This document shows, piece by piece, positions 50,815 to 62,416 of a DNA stretch of 64,000 nt. Source of the stretch: Veleropilina oligotropha (lineage: Eukaryota). Made by a program: the position numbers and the translations under genes. The stretch covers positions 372,001 through 436,000 of the forward strand of contig JBEUKZ010000131.1 in assembly GCA_048128005.1 (NCBI GenBank). Reading direction: 5' to 3'. The first letter of the stretch is position 1; each line of letters opens with the position of its first letter. The notes under the pieces were generated by a model. That model made no database searches and was not told the DNA's origin. It was given only the letters and a program-made list of their open reading frames with translations.

Positions 50815-51063
50815 GATGCTTAATATCCTGTATATTTACAACATCAAGGTTCAAGGCAGGACATGTCCGTGTTATCGCGAGAGGAAACCCCGGTCGCCCG
50901 GGTAAACCTGCCCTCTTCGGCCAGTCGCAGACAACTGTGATTCATAACTTAAACAGATGTCGATGCCTCAGCCAGGTATTGAACCCACCACTGTTCGCAT
51001 TAGCTGAATCAAGCCAGTGAATTTAGAGTGGACACTCTTACCCAATGCGCTGCCGAAGCGGCC
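50815..51063 (-). mobile_element. Near full-length tRNA-derived SINE
   Basis: Same family as 45265 and 47695; CTGGATAGGAGGAA occurs on both sides (near 50800 and 51066), a candidate TSD. Confidence 0.75.
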
Positions 51064-51403
51064 TCTGGATAGGAGGAAATATAGATGTATATTTGACAGA
51101 TCAATACTTTATAGGATTGTCGACGTGAATATTCAACGTAGTTTCTTTAATATTTGTTGTTTCACTTGATGATGCTATTGTAGATTAAAATTGAACTTCG
51201 AAGAAGCACTAGAATTGAGAAATTTAGCAGTACATGCGTGTGCTTAGATGAGATTTAATATGCTGTCTGAGCAGTAATTAATCTGTACACATTTCAAACT
51301 GCCTTGCATAATTGAAAGTTGCATTGAGCATTTCAATATTTCAATTCTTACTAAAGTTATTCAAATAGGAAATGCCCTGGCTTCATGCTAATTTATCTTT
51401 TAG

Positions 51404-51576
51404 GTTCAAGAACTATCGTGAAGTGTTCGATGGTTGTAAGTACGGTGTGGTTGACGATGGCAATAAGTACACGCTTACCATACGTGACCTGGAGAACAAC
51501 GACATCGGAGATATTGAGTGTCAGGCAAGAAACAGATACGGAATGGTGTCGGGGCGCGCTAAGCTGGACGTTCTGT
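51404..51576 (+). CDS. Ig domain, C-terminal half (FKNYRE...YTLTIRD...DIGDIECQARN)
   Basis: tttAG/ ... /GTgagt; phase 2-1. Confidence 0.92.
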
Positions 51577-51902
51577 GTGAGTTTAATATGACACCAATTA
51601 CGTTAATTATAATTATATTTAATCATATATAGTCTCTTAAGATTTTCCTATGTACGCATAAACGAATCTCATTTCAATGAGTATTGTCATACTCAAGTTT
51701 ATTTTAATGTTTCGTATTTGTAGGATTGATTCCACACTATATTTAGTGAATATCGTACAATATATGCTACTGAGGCGTAAACACTGTATGACCTGACTCG
51801 GAACTATTTCAAATAATGAATTCTATTGCCGTTAGTTTCATTTGTGAAAATATTTATTGACGATATAAGGTAACGAAACAAATTTTTGCATTTGCGATTC
51901 AG

Positions 51903-52190
51903 CTCCGCCCAAAATCCATTTCCCACCTCGTTACGAGGGTGGTCTGAAGTTCAGCAAGGGCGACACCATCAAGATCCGCCTGCCAATCTCAGGTCATCCT
52001 CTGCCGGACATCAAGTGGACGAGAGATGGGGAGTTCGTGGACGTCAGTGATCGCCTGGAGATGCAGAACACGGAGCGACACACAACTCTCGTCATCCGTG
52101 ATGCGGAGAAGTCCGATGCGGGCATGTACTGCCTCATGGTGGAAAACCCGCTCGGATCTGACACCGCCCGGATACCCATATCCATCATGA
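51903..52190 (+). CDS. Ig domain (SPPKIHFPPRY...DAGMYCL...)
   Basis: ttcAG/ ... /GTgagt; 288 nt; twitchin-type pre-kinase Ig. Confidence 0.93.
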
Positions 52191-52655
52191 GTGAGTACAT
52201 TGCAGATGAGTACTCCAATATTGATGTTCAGTTAAATGTTTGGAAACTTGTGCAAACGCAATTAGTTGTTGCTTGTTGAGAGAACATTTTAATTGAATAA
52301 TAGTCCCGCAGTGTGAATCAGTACCTGATTTTGATTGTTTCTTTTGTGAAGTTGAATGTGAAATCGATAACAAAGGGCCATGATGTCATTGAATCAGTTC
52401 AGGGTGACGCAGAGATTATTCTGTGGTTGGTTCACGTACAATGCACCTTGTCAGTTCAATTGGTGATTTGTCGGTCATTTCGGGGGTTTTCCATCATTGT
52501 CCTAAATATTTAAGAATATAGGTAGCATGCATGAGTGATTTATGGAGATTTTAAATGTTATCTCGAAATTGAAGTCAAAATCTCCGAACTTAAAAAAAAT
52601 ATTGTAGTGTGTTCATGTTGTGGATTCTAATTTTATTTTCACATCACTTTTTCAG

Positions 52656-52979
52656 ATAAGCCAGATGCACCAAGCTGCCCTCTTGTGTCAGATGTTGACA
52701 AACATTCAGTAGCGATGACCTGGGAGCCGCCCGCAGACAATGGCGGCTCACCCATCACGGGGTACATCGTGGAGAAACTGGATCTGGACACCGGAGTGTG
52801 GAGGCGTGCGGACTCCGTCATGGTCCCCCACTGCGCCATCACATGCCTGGACGAACACAAGAAGTACAAGTTCCGAGTCCTGGCGGAGAATCTCCTGGGA
52901 ACAAGCCAACCGGGAGAAGAGACCGAACCTGTCCTCATGCGAGAGCCGCTTCCGGAAGACGTCGACTATGATCGCCTCT
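52656..52979 (+). CDS. Pre-kinase FN3 plus N-terminal linker (…EDVDYDRL)
   Basis: ttcAG/ ... /GTaagt; 324 nt. Confidence 0.93.
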
Positions 52980-53454
52980 GTAAGTTTCTTGATGTGCAGA
53001 ATAAATGTGATGAATCACAGGTGCGATTTTGGTTTATTAACATAGATGTTTATGTTAAATATGGTGTGGTAACATTTAGTTGTGTATTTCAAATTGTATT
53101 CTATCCTTATTCGGCAGTTCTGGTTATGGTAATGTCACAGTTCCTCCTTTAGATAACTAACCTATGCCAGAATAAAGTTCACTTACCAGTCATTGTGGCT
53201 TGTGATGTGTTTTCTGTCTGCACCGTTCAAAACTTCGTACAAAGTGATCTTATAGTTTGTGGATTAGATTTTCTTAGCAATGTTGTTTATTGAAATGAAT
53301 AAATCAATAAGGATTATTATTAAATTATATATCATATAATGAAAATGATGTCTCATTGTAATATTATAATTACATCTAGGCTTGTATTTGCATATCTGAT
53401 TTTGATTTTTATAGTTTTTGTATGTAGTAATATAATTTAATTGTGCATTTGCAG

Positions 53455-53749
53455 TTGACCCTGACTTTATGGGAAACAATATTGACATTAACAAAATGAA
53501 GGGTGATGTGTTGAGCAAGTATATTATCTGCGAGGAGCTCGGTCGTGGCGCGTTCGGAGTGGTCCATCGTGCCATCGAGAGGGCGACGGGTAAAAACTGG
53601 GCGGCAAAGTTCATCCACTGCCGACCGCAGCAGAAGGAAATGGTCCGGCGCGAGATCGACATCATGAATCACCTGACCAACCACAAGAAGATACTGCAGC
53701 TCCACGAGGCGTTCGACCAACCCGGAGAAATCGTCATGATTCTCGAGCT
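53455..53749 (+). CDS. Kinase N-lobe (LGRGAFGVV, WAAKF, RREIDIM)
   Basis: tgcAG/ ... /GTgagt; glycine-rich loop, catalytic Lys and alphaC Glu present. Confidence 0.95.
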
Positions 53750-54087
53750 GTGAGTTTGCTATTTAGAGTCCTATTATAATGAAATGAATTATTTTATGAC
53801 TGGATCTTCCAGTTAACATTGCTGGAGCGATTCTTTTGTTTGGAACTTGTTCATGATCATTAGGTTTTAATATGATGTTAACATTACCAGATCTCAATTA
53901 GTGCCGACTCCCAGGATCTGTGGACCAAATTGCTTTCGGGCTAGGTGAACTGATATCGCGTACATAAGTCTTATATTCATATTGTCCTGTTTGTCTGTGC
54001 AACTTTTTCTCTTATAGTTCTTAAACGATCTCAACCAAATTTTCCTCTGAGGAGGTAATGCTAGTTTGTGATTGAAAAGGGTAGGTC

Positions 54088-54256
54088 TGTGACTGAAAAT
54101 GAGCAGGAATCAATCAACCTGACATGATGCAATAATGAATGATATTGGCAAACATAATGTTACATTAGACTTGTGACTGAAAATGAGCAGGAATCAATCA
54201 ACCTGACATGATGCAATAATGAATGATATTGGCAAACATAATGTTACATTAGACTT
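54088..54256. repeat. 84-bp perfect tandem duplication
   Basis: TGTGACTGAAAATGAGCAGG...TTACATTAGACT at 54088 and 54172. Confidence 0.9.
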
Positions 54257-54349
54257 GCATTGTTGAGTCGAGAAGTTTGAAAAGATGACTGGAAGATAAA
54301 GGAGTTTTGCTATAAAGGTTTGCAAGAAATGGTATAAATACTGTTTCAG

Positions 54350-54491
54350 GCTGAGTGGTGGTGAGCTGTTTGATCGCTTTGAGCAGCAGAACTATGAGTT
54401 CACCGAGGACGACTGTCAGACCTACATGCGCCAGATCTGTGAGGGGATGCAGCACATGCACCGAAACAACGTCATCCATCTAGACCTGAAG
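54350..54491 (+). CDS. Kinase exon (LSGGELFDR...YMRQICEG..HMH..IHLDLK); not in the + ORF track
   Basis: ttcAG/ ... AAG/GTcaga; phase 2-0. Confidence 0.95.
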
Positions 54492-54853
54492 GTCAGAGCA
54501 GCGTCATGCACCTCAACTTAAATTTAAAGCAAGCAACATATTGTTTGGGCAACCAAAAATATGCATAATTGAACAGTCTAAGAGAAAATATGAAAATGCT
54601 CCATACAAATTGCTTAGAATAAGGAAATAATGTTTGAATAAAAAATAATTAACAATTTGTGATCATGTATGATAATATTTGTTATGTTCAATTCAAGCAA
54701 CATCAAGATGAAATCATGCATAAATATGTTTTATTGTTCAACATCTTCATCTCATTATGCAATACATTTTATTCAGCTCATATGTTATTTCAATTGTAAT
54801 GCATTTTGTAATTTCACATTTTGAAACTCACTTATTTGAATATTTAATTTCAG

Positions 54854-55053
54854 CCTGAAAATGTGATGTGTGTGACCAAGGACAGCAAGGAGGTCAAGGT
54901 CATTGATTTTGGTCTGGCTCAATTAGTTGAGGAGGGAAAGTTCATCAAAGTTCTCTTCGGGACTGCAGAGTTCTGCGCCCCCGAGATCATCAGCCATCAG
55001 GCGGTGTCGTTCGCCACTGACATGTGGTCGGTGGGAGTCGTAGCATTTGTGCT
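54854..55053 (+). CDS. Kinase exon (PENV..IDFGLA..VLFGTAEFCAPE..DMWSVGV)
   Basis: ttcAG/ ... /GTaagt. Confidence 0.95.
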
Positions 55054-55477
55054 GTAAGTCATTGCTTTTGACTCATTTATATTACGATATATATAGTCCA
55101 TTATTAACCTTTTGTGATATTTTGTAAACACTATGTCATGATGTATGATGTACTGATATTTATTATATAAATGGTGCTGTTATTCGTTAAATAATGGCAA
55201 AAATATAATCGGTAATTCACTGATATATATTTTCACTCACGTGAGTGAAAATATTTCCCATATTTCACTCTCGTGAGTGAAAATATCAAAAACGCGTCAT
55301 AAAGTGACGTCATAAAAACGTTGTCCCTGGCGACGTCGTCTATGGCGACGTTATGATGGCGAACTACATTTCAACATTACAACGTCAACAGCGCACGCGT
55401 TCGTTCTTCCACAAAAATAAGCAAGGCTATACAATGGTAACATTATTTAATTGATAACTAACCCATTTATATAATAA

Positions 55478-55640
55478 AGAGAGCATTCAATGTTATGTCA
55501 GAAATATTAAATATATTTTGTCTCGTGAACTATATCCTAGCCGATTCACTCAAGGCCTCCGGCCTTTCGTGAATCCGCTAGGATATATTTCACTCGACAA
55601 AATATATTTAATATTTCTGACATACCATCAAATACCCTCT
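55478..55640. repeat. Long hairpin; probably the end of an element spanning about 55200-55645
   Basis: TATGTCAGAAATATTAAATATATTTTGTC / GACAAAATATATTTAATATTTCTGACATA arms; loop region AAGGCCTCCGGCCTT; TTTCACTC-ACGT-GAGTGAAA palindromes at 55230-55283. Confidence 0.8.
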
Positions 55641-55886
55641 ATGTATCTCATCCATTCAGATATCAAGTTTGCTTGTAAAATGAGACCATAAAACGGGCAA
55701 CATATAACAAGATGTTGCATGGACATTTTTGTTATCCAAGATATCATTAATAGTGTGTACAACTCTACTAAATCTATCAAAGGAAAGCTGTATTTTGCAA
55801 TTCCAAAATGTTAATAGCGTTTCTCTCCACAGCAGCATGGTACTGTAAACACTATCATTACAATATTTACTTAAAATTTCAAACCA

Positions 55887-56846
55887 TTTTAATCATCCCC
55901 CACCCGAAGGTAGCGGGAGTATTGGTGTTGTCATGTCCGTCCCTCCGTACGTCCGTAAACAATTTGGTTAAAGTTTTGAATTGAGTGTATATAGCTTTCC
56001 CATGATACTTTTTGGCATATATATGCGTTTGTAGGCATTATATGGATGACACCTGGTTCTCTGGAAGTGAGATTCAATAAAATTTAATATAATTATTGCT
56101 TAAATGTAGGTGTTTTTTAACATCGAAATTTTGGTTAAAGTTTCTGGTTAAAGTTTTTCATTGAGTGTATATGTTTTGTTGAAACAACATTTTGGTGTAT
56201 ATATGCTTTGGTATTGATAATATGAATGTCAACTGATACTATGGAAGTGATGCTGTATTAAATTTAATATAATTATTGCATAAAAATAGGTGTTTGTGGA
56301 CATAGAAATTTTGGTGAAAGTTTCTGGTTAAGTTTCTCATTGATTGTATATGGGTTGTTGAAACAACATTTTGGTGTATATATGCTTTGGTATTGAAAAT
56401 ATGAATGTCAACTGATACTATGGAAGTGATGCTGAATTAAATTTAGATAAATATGCATAAAAATAGGTGTTTGTGGACATCAAAATTTTGTTTAAATTTT
56501 TCAATGGGCAGATGGGTTGTTCTAAGGCACTGTTTTACATCCATATACTTTAGTGTTGACTATATTGATGCTGCTCCCTCATCTGCAAGTGATTTATACT
56601 ATAATTAACATGTGAAATTAGTGTTTGTGGACATAGAAATTTTTGGTAAAGTTGAGTGAATTTTAATTCTGTTCCAGAATTGTTGATGCTTATATTAAGA
56701 CCTTTTTCTCTAGCAACGATATTGAATCATTGTATAAATATTGAAAAACTTGATGTGCTTCGACATAGAAATTTTGGTTAAAATTTATATCACAGTGATT
56801 GCAGAAGGTGGGGGATGAATCTGTTTTCTAACGGGCTTTTGTTTTT
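55887..56846 (+). mobile_element. HINE-like element with ~180-bp diverged tandem units
   Basis: TCATCCCCCACC (55893) / GGTGGGGGATGA (56807) inverted pair, GTCC microsatellite, internal repeats GACATAGAAATTTTGGT. Confidence 0.7.
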
Positions 56847-56927
56847 ATATATAATGCTATGGCATATATTGCAGCTTGTGTTCACATTTCATTGCATATT
56901 CCTACACACCGTCTTTGTTCATTGCAG

Positions 56928-57080
56928 CCTGAGCGGCTACTCCCCATTCGCGGGAGACAGCGATCATGAGACATTCGTCAATGTCAACAATGTGGACTAC
57001 GACTTCAACGACGACGCATGGGACGTGCTCTCCGATGACGCAAAAGATTTTGTTTTCCGACTTCTTCTCAAGAACAAAGA
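56928..57080 (+). CDS. Kinase exon (LSGYSPFAGDSDHETF...SDDAKDFV..LL)
   Basis: tgcAG/ ... /GTaagt; phase 2-2. Confidence 0.95.
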
Positions 57081-57257
57081 GTAAGTATATGTATATACAT
57101 GTTAAAACAGGAGAGTAAACCCATATTTTAGCTAAATGAAAATCTTATTTACTGTAGTACTTGAATCAAGGTGAAATACACAATTACTGGTGGCAATATA
57201 TTGTGTGGATACGAAGATTTATTTATCTTATTGATTTGTGATTGATTTGTATTTTAG

Positions 57258-57303
57258 GCAGAGAATGACAATCGATGAAGCACTTGCCCATCCATGGTTA
57301 AAT
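57258..57303 (+). CDS. Kinase end micro-exon (QRMTIDEALAHPWLN)
   Basis: tttAG/ ... /GTaagt; subdomain XI R..HPWL. Confidence 0.92.
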
Positions 57304-57663
57304 GTAAGTGATAAATTATAATTTGCTTCAAATATTTCATGGTCATTTGGATTTCTGGTTAATTTCCAAAACATAACAATACGAAAATATTAACATTTTT
57401 TAAAAGACTTTTTTCTGTGTAATAAAATTGTCTTCTTATTTTGATTAATGAAATATAATATACTTAAAATAAATTTTCTCCTCTTATATTTGACAAGAAT
57501 TATTATAGCAAACCTGATTGTATAATTAATTATTATATATTAAATACATTTTTTTTAATGACAATTTAATTGATGCATTGTAAGGATAGAGAATAACAAA
57601 CATAAATGTTATTAATGTCTTTACTCAAGTTCATTTTTCACATTTCTCTTCCGAATTATCTAG

Positions 57664-57699
57664 CCTCAGACAAAGCAAAGATCACGGGACTCAGCTGAT
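57664..57699 (+). CDS. 36-nt micro-exon (PQTKQRSRDSAD)
   Basis: Polypyrimidine tract, ctAG/ ... /GTaagt; phase 0-0 and open. Confidence 0.7.
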
Positions 57700-58000
57700 G
57701 TAAGTCATTAATTTGTGTTTCAATAATTATGTTCCTAAAATATCATAAGTTATAGCTAAACACAATTCTGTGATCGAATTTCAGAGCTTAAGACATGATG
57801 TAATTAAATTGCATGCAGAAACACAGATAGACATGTATAGTATACTACATCCATTATGCATTTGTGCGAGTTTCTAATATAAAGTGTTAATAACATTTTA
57901 TTGTTACAATATGTGTCAACTGTGTTTTAATTATGGATTTGCTCAAAATACAAAGTGCCAATACAGTTTTAATCAAATACTGAGCTTCTTTCATATTTAG

Positions 58001-58075
58001 GGCGTTACCAAGCCAATGACAGGCAAATTGCCATCCAATCGCCACAGAGCCTACAAGGACAGAACCCACACCAAG
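58001..58075 (+). CDS. Regulatory tail exon (GVTKPMTGKLPSNRHRAYKDRTHTK)
   Basis: tttAG/ ... AAG/GTaaat; 75 nt, phase 0-0. Confidence 0.85.
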
Positions 58076-58236
58076 GTAAATTCCAAATTCTGATGCAGCT
58101 AATGTCAATTAATGATCGTTTCCAGGACAATTGTGATATTGCTGTTTGTCTATTTCATGTGGATAGTCTCTGTTATTTCTAGGAATATCTTTGTTACATA
58201 AAATGATAACATTTATTATTCGTTTACCTGATTCAG

Positions 58237-58339
58237 GAGGATGACCTAGATGTTCTTCCGATCGGCCGCTGGGCCAGAGAGAGTTCCATCTTCAGGCAGG
58301 AAGGAGACAAAGGGGTCATGGCACGCCAACTGGTCATGG
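58237..58339 (+). CDS. Regulatory tail exon (EDDLDVLPIGRWARESSIFRQ...)
   Basis: ttcAG/ ... /GTgagc; resembles the P-x-GR-x-A-x-x-SS motif of the twitchin autoinhibitory tail. Confidence 0.87.
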
Positions 58340-58600
58340 GTGAGCATTAACTCTGTCACCTATTGAACGACATCAAAATTAATGATATTATACCTAAGAC
58401 ATCAGTAATATTACGTTGGCATACTGTTCATTATCGCGGAGATGACTTAAGTCAATAATTTGAAAATCCTTATCATGTTCAAATGATAATCACATGTCTT
58501 ATATGTCATATTAACTTTTGATTTGTGATAGTATATTCGTTATTCAAGCCCTAATTGACATTTTGACCTTAATAGTTATTTAATTCCTCTTGATTTTCAG

Positions 58601-58718
58601 AGCTCCCAGAACACGCCCCGGTTGTTCAGGAGAGCTTGATTGACATCGTGGGCTGTGAGGGCTCAAAGGCCGAGTTCAGATGTAAATTCTCTGGAAAACC
58701 AACTCCAACCATAACCTG
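58601..58718 (+). CDS. Post-kinase Ig 1, N-terminal half (ELPEHAPVV...FRCKFSGKPTPTITW)
   Basis: ttcAG/ ... TG/GTgagt. Confidence 0.92.
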
Positions 58719-58858
58719 GTGAGTTGACATGTGTGAAGTTATTTATGTGTAGTGATTACTGGTATTTCACCTCCAACATAATGCATAAAAGTAAACTTGA
58801 GGAAATGTTATATATAGAAGATGTTAATTTAGAAAATAGTGCGCATGAAGTTGATATG

Positions 58859-59025
58859 GACTGTCCCAACATCTATCAGATTGTTCTGACTCGACTGTCC
58901 CAACATCTATCAGATTGTTCTGACTCGACTGTCCCAACATCTATCAGATTGTTCTGACTCGATTGTCCCAACATCTATCAGATTGTTATGACTCGACTGT
59001 CCCAACATCTATCAGATTGTTCTGA
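58859..59025. repeat. 34-bp minisatellite x5
   Basis: GACTGTCCCAACATCTATCAGATTGTTCTGACTC. Confidence 0.9.
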
Positions 59026-60444
59026 CGGTGAAATATTGTGGCATATGGTTCCAAAGTTTACACTTTTGTTATGTTTTTGCTGCAGAGAGATAGCTATACA
59101 TTTTTTTAATGTGGAACCATATTTGAGCACAATGCAAATTTTTATATGACTGCATGCTTTCCTCCATTCCATATGATGGCATATATATACTGATGTTTTA
59201 TATTGACCCAACTGTGATGCATGTGGGCACACACAATCACCTGACAAGCTTCGATTGATTATCACAAATCCCCTAAAATATTAGATATTTAAATATTCAT
59301 TTTTTGTGGCACATGAATGTTTACAGAAATGATGCCAATTTAATGAAAATGGGATTAGATTAAGACTCAAAGAATGCTTTCAGAAATAGATGGAAAATAC
59401 ATCATCCCCATCTTCAGTACTGAATGATAGGATCGGAAATATCAATTATATTATTTTGTATTATTAATGAATTTAATATGACTTTTGCCAAATATCATGC
59501 TTTTTTAGCGAGTTATTTACATGCATATATTGCCATATAATAATAACATTACATTACTAAGTTATATTCATAACATACAGAATCTAGATTAACATAATTA
59601 ATGATTGTAAACAAGAAAAAAATGACAACTCTTGTCATCAAACTTTGACCTTTTGTATGTAACATCCACCATGGATCCTTTTATACCTCGCTCGTATGCT
59701 ACCATTGATTAACCTGATATTGGAGAACTTGTTGGATCTGCCCAGGTGCCCCCCAGCTGTGTTCAGTTAAATGCAGAAAGGTCGACGAATGCGTAAGAAA
59801 GATCACCTCCATCTGAATTCAGATATCACTGCTTTTTTTAGCGATTAACAATATGCCAGTGATCCAAGGCTTCGGTACAGTGGTAACTAATATCAACAGT
59901 CTATTGACGGAGTTTATAACTGACAGATGGCTCGGTTCCTGCAGATCTATAGAGTTACCTTTGTTTTCGGTGCCGCTCTCATACTTGCAATAACATTACG
60001 ATGTCTTTGATATCAAAGCATGTGTGTGTGGGTAGACCCAGAAGAGAGCACTCTAACGTCATTACTTCGCTGCCTAACATTACACATTGCCATCTGCAAG
60101 TCACATTGATAACAGTGGCAGTGTTAATGTCAAGGGTTTATTGGGTAACCAATCAGATAGGAGCAATCATGTCACATGGTTGCTAGTTTATACTAGACAA
60201 GAAGTTTAATGTAGCAGCAGTCCCAAAGCAAAATGTAGAAAATCCATCTTTTCTAGATAATTGGAAAAGATGGGGAAAACTAGTTTGATATATATTTGAG
60301 AGCTGTTACGAATTCTTGCACAAGTTTTGGTGTCTTAACTCATATCTCGATACTAATTGACCATTATTGGATATTGATTTGTTGGAACAAAATGGATGTA
60401 TTGACGTGGTTAACATCTCAAGACATTGATTCTCACACCAACAG

Positions 60445-60617
60445 GCTTAAAGATGGCATCGAAATCACACCAAGTGGAAAACATTACACCAGATTTGAGG
60501 ATGGGGAGGCTACATTGTACATCGATGGCCTTGAAATAGGGGATGCTGGAAAATATACCTGCATTGCAGCTAACGAGCAGGGAGAAACCTCAACCAAAGC
60601 CCAGTTACTTGTGCAAG
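60445..60617 (+). CDS. Post-kinase Ig 1, C-terminal half (LKDGIEI...DAGKYTCIAAN)
   Basis: aacAG/ ... /GTaacc; phase 2-1. Confidence 0.92.
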
Positions 60618-60934
60618 GTAACCTAGTGCTTGAAACTAATTATGTGATTATTTTGTTATGTTATAAGCTTATAACATGAAAGCTTGAGAACTCTGTTTTG
60701 ACCTTGAGACGTTAGACCCACTTGACATTTGTCATCATCAAAATAAGATAGACGACACATAACTTATATGTCATCATATTTAGTAATTATTGTCACAATT
60801 AATGAATTTACAAATGCTTTGTGTATGTTATGTATTTTTAAAGAAAATATGCTTTTTTAAGATTTTGTATGAAATTTGTTAAATATTACTGTTACCTATG
60901 TACGTGTACAGTATTAATTGTTCTTTTATTGTAG

Positions 60935-60977
60935 AAGTTCGTCACAGACGCAAAAAAGATGCTGATGCAGGTGACAG
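60935..60977 (+). CDS. Basic linker micro-exon (EVRHRRKKDADAGDR)
   Basis: tgtAG/ ... AG/GTaagg; phase 1-2, needed to keep frame into 61858. Confidence 0.82.
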
Positions 60978-61857
60978 GTAAGGATTCAATTAATGAGCTT
61001 TACTGTTTATGTGTAAATAATATGTAAATATTAAGTAATCGAATAACAAATTATCATGTTGTGTAAAATTAAGGATATAAGGTTCAAATATTATTTGAGT
61101 GTTATGTAACTGCAACATAATCTCGGATCTTATTTATCATGGAATACAGTGAGGCTTGGTATATCTTAAACTATTCCACCTGTTGATGCATGATGAGATA
61201 TCCCTTGACCGTCTCTCGGTGTTTAGCATTTTGCTGTATGATGGCTGGCCTCATCTAGCTGATTGAGAGAGAATGAACAGTGTCTTCCTAAAGGTCACCG
61301 CGATATTGTGTTGTGTGCACGGCGCCACCTGTGGTGTTTCCAATGATAATATTTGTATTTATAGCACCACTTCATAACTATCTGGGCGGAGAATGCTATT
61401 ATACGAATGCCTGAGCGTGCCACCTGGACTGTCTCTGTTTTAGGCTTTTGTGTGGATTTATAACGTTAATTCTCTGATAATAGTGATTACAATCTTCAAA
61501 GGCAGGAAATATTTACCAGTATAAAAATTTCTATTTTCATATGAAATAAAAGTAATATATCTGTGTAGCAGTAAAAGCCAAACTGTTATAGTATACTTAT
61601 TATTCTGTACAAAGAAAAAGTTTTTCATTAAATATGTTTACTTGAAATACTTTCATAAGTGAGTTATTTTAATTTCCCAAACCCCAAAAAGTACTTATAT
61701 AAGGTGTGGCAGAAAAGTCAATGCACCTTCAATTTGATGACATAATCTCCATCTCATTGCTCACATCATGAGTGATGTGGTATGTGTTCAATGTAAGTAG
61801 CATTGCGTTGTGCAGATAATATTATATGGTATCAGTATGCTGCTCTTTTCGTTCCAG

Positions 61858-61961
61858 AGTGCCCGCTGACGATTTCCCTACCGACGGTGCTCCCGAGTTT
61901 GTGTTACCATTACTTGATCAGGTTCGACAAGTCGAAGATGAGTTGGAGTTCTCGGTCACTG
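61858..61961 (+). CDS. Post-kinase Ig 2, N-terminal part (VPADDFPTDGAPEFVLPLLDQ...LEFSVT)
   Basis: tccAG/ ... /GTgaga; phase 2-1. Confidence 0.87.
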
Positions 61962-62212
61962 GTGAGAAGAGTCTCCTTCAATTCTTATAAGATTGTTGAC
62001 ATTTTCATATGTTAATTTATGTTTGTTGATATGATTATGCTTCAAACGTATTAGTGAAATAATCAAATAAAATTTATATTACTAAATTATAGGCTGAGAT
62101 TTTTCAATGAAGATGCCATGCGAACTATATATTTCTATGGTTTTACAGATATGTTACATTACGATTGTTCCTTTGGCCTTGTTTACTTATTTCCTTTTCC
62201 TCCTTCTTCCAG

Positions 62213-62416
62213 TTTCTAGCCATTCGGAAGTGGAAGTCACGTGGTATCTTGGCGATGAAGAAATCAAACCATCAGATAAATATGAGATGGAATACCACTT
62301 TGGTGTTCACCGCATATTTGTTCATGGTGTCGATCAAGCAGATGCTGGGAAATGGCGGTGTGTTGCGACCAACCGCTTCGGATCAGCAACCAGCGATTGC
62401 CAAGTCACCATCGTGG
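62213..62416 (+). CDS. Post-kinase Ig 2, C-terminal part (VEVTWY...DAGKWRCVATN)
   Basis: Long polypyrimidine tract, ccAG/ ... /GTaggt. Confidence 0.92.

Noticed and set aside
304..54479. Many minus-strand ORFs overlapping exons (for example 304-558, 13329-13706, 53264-53665)
   Set aside because: Antisense shadows of the GC-richer FN3 and kinase exons, with no independent coding signal.
61170..61430. Cluster of CACCTG E-boxes and a CTCF-like word as a muscle enhancer or internal promoter
   Set aside because: Short motifs expected by chance; the CTCF match is out of register and nothing else supports it.
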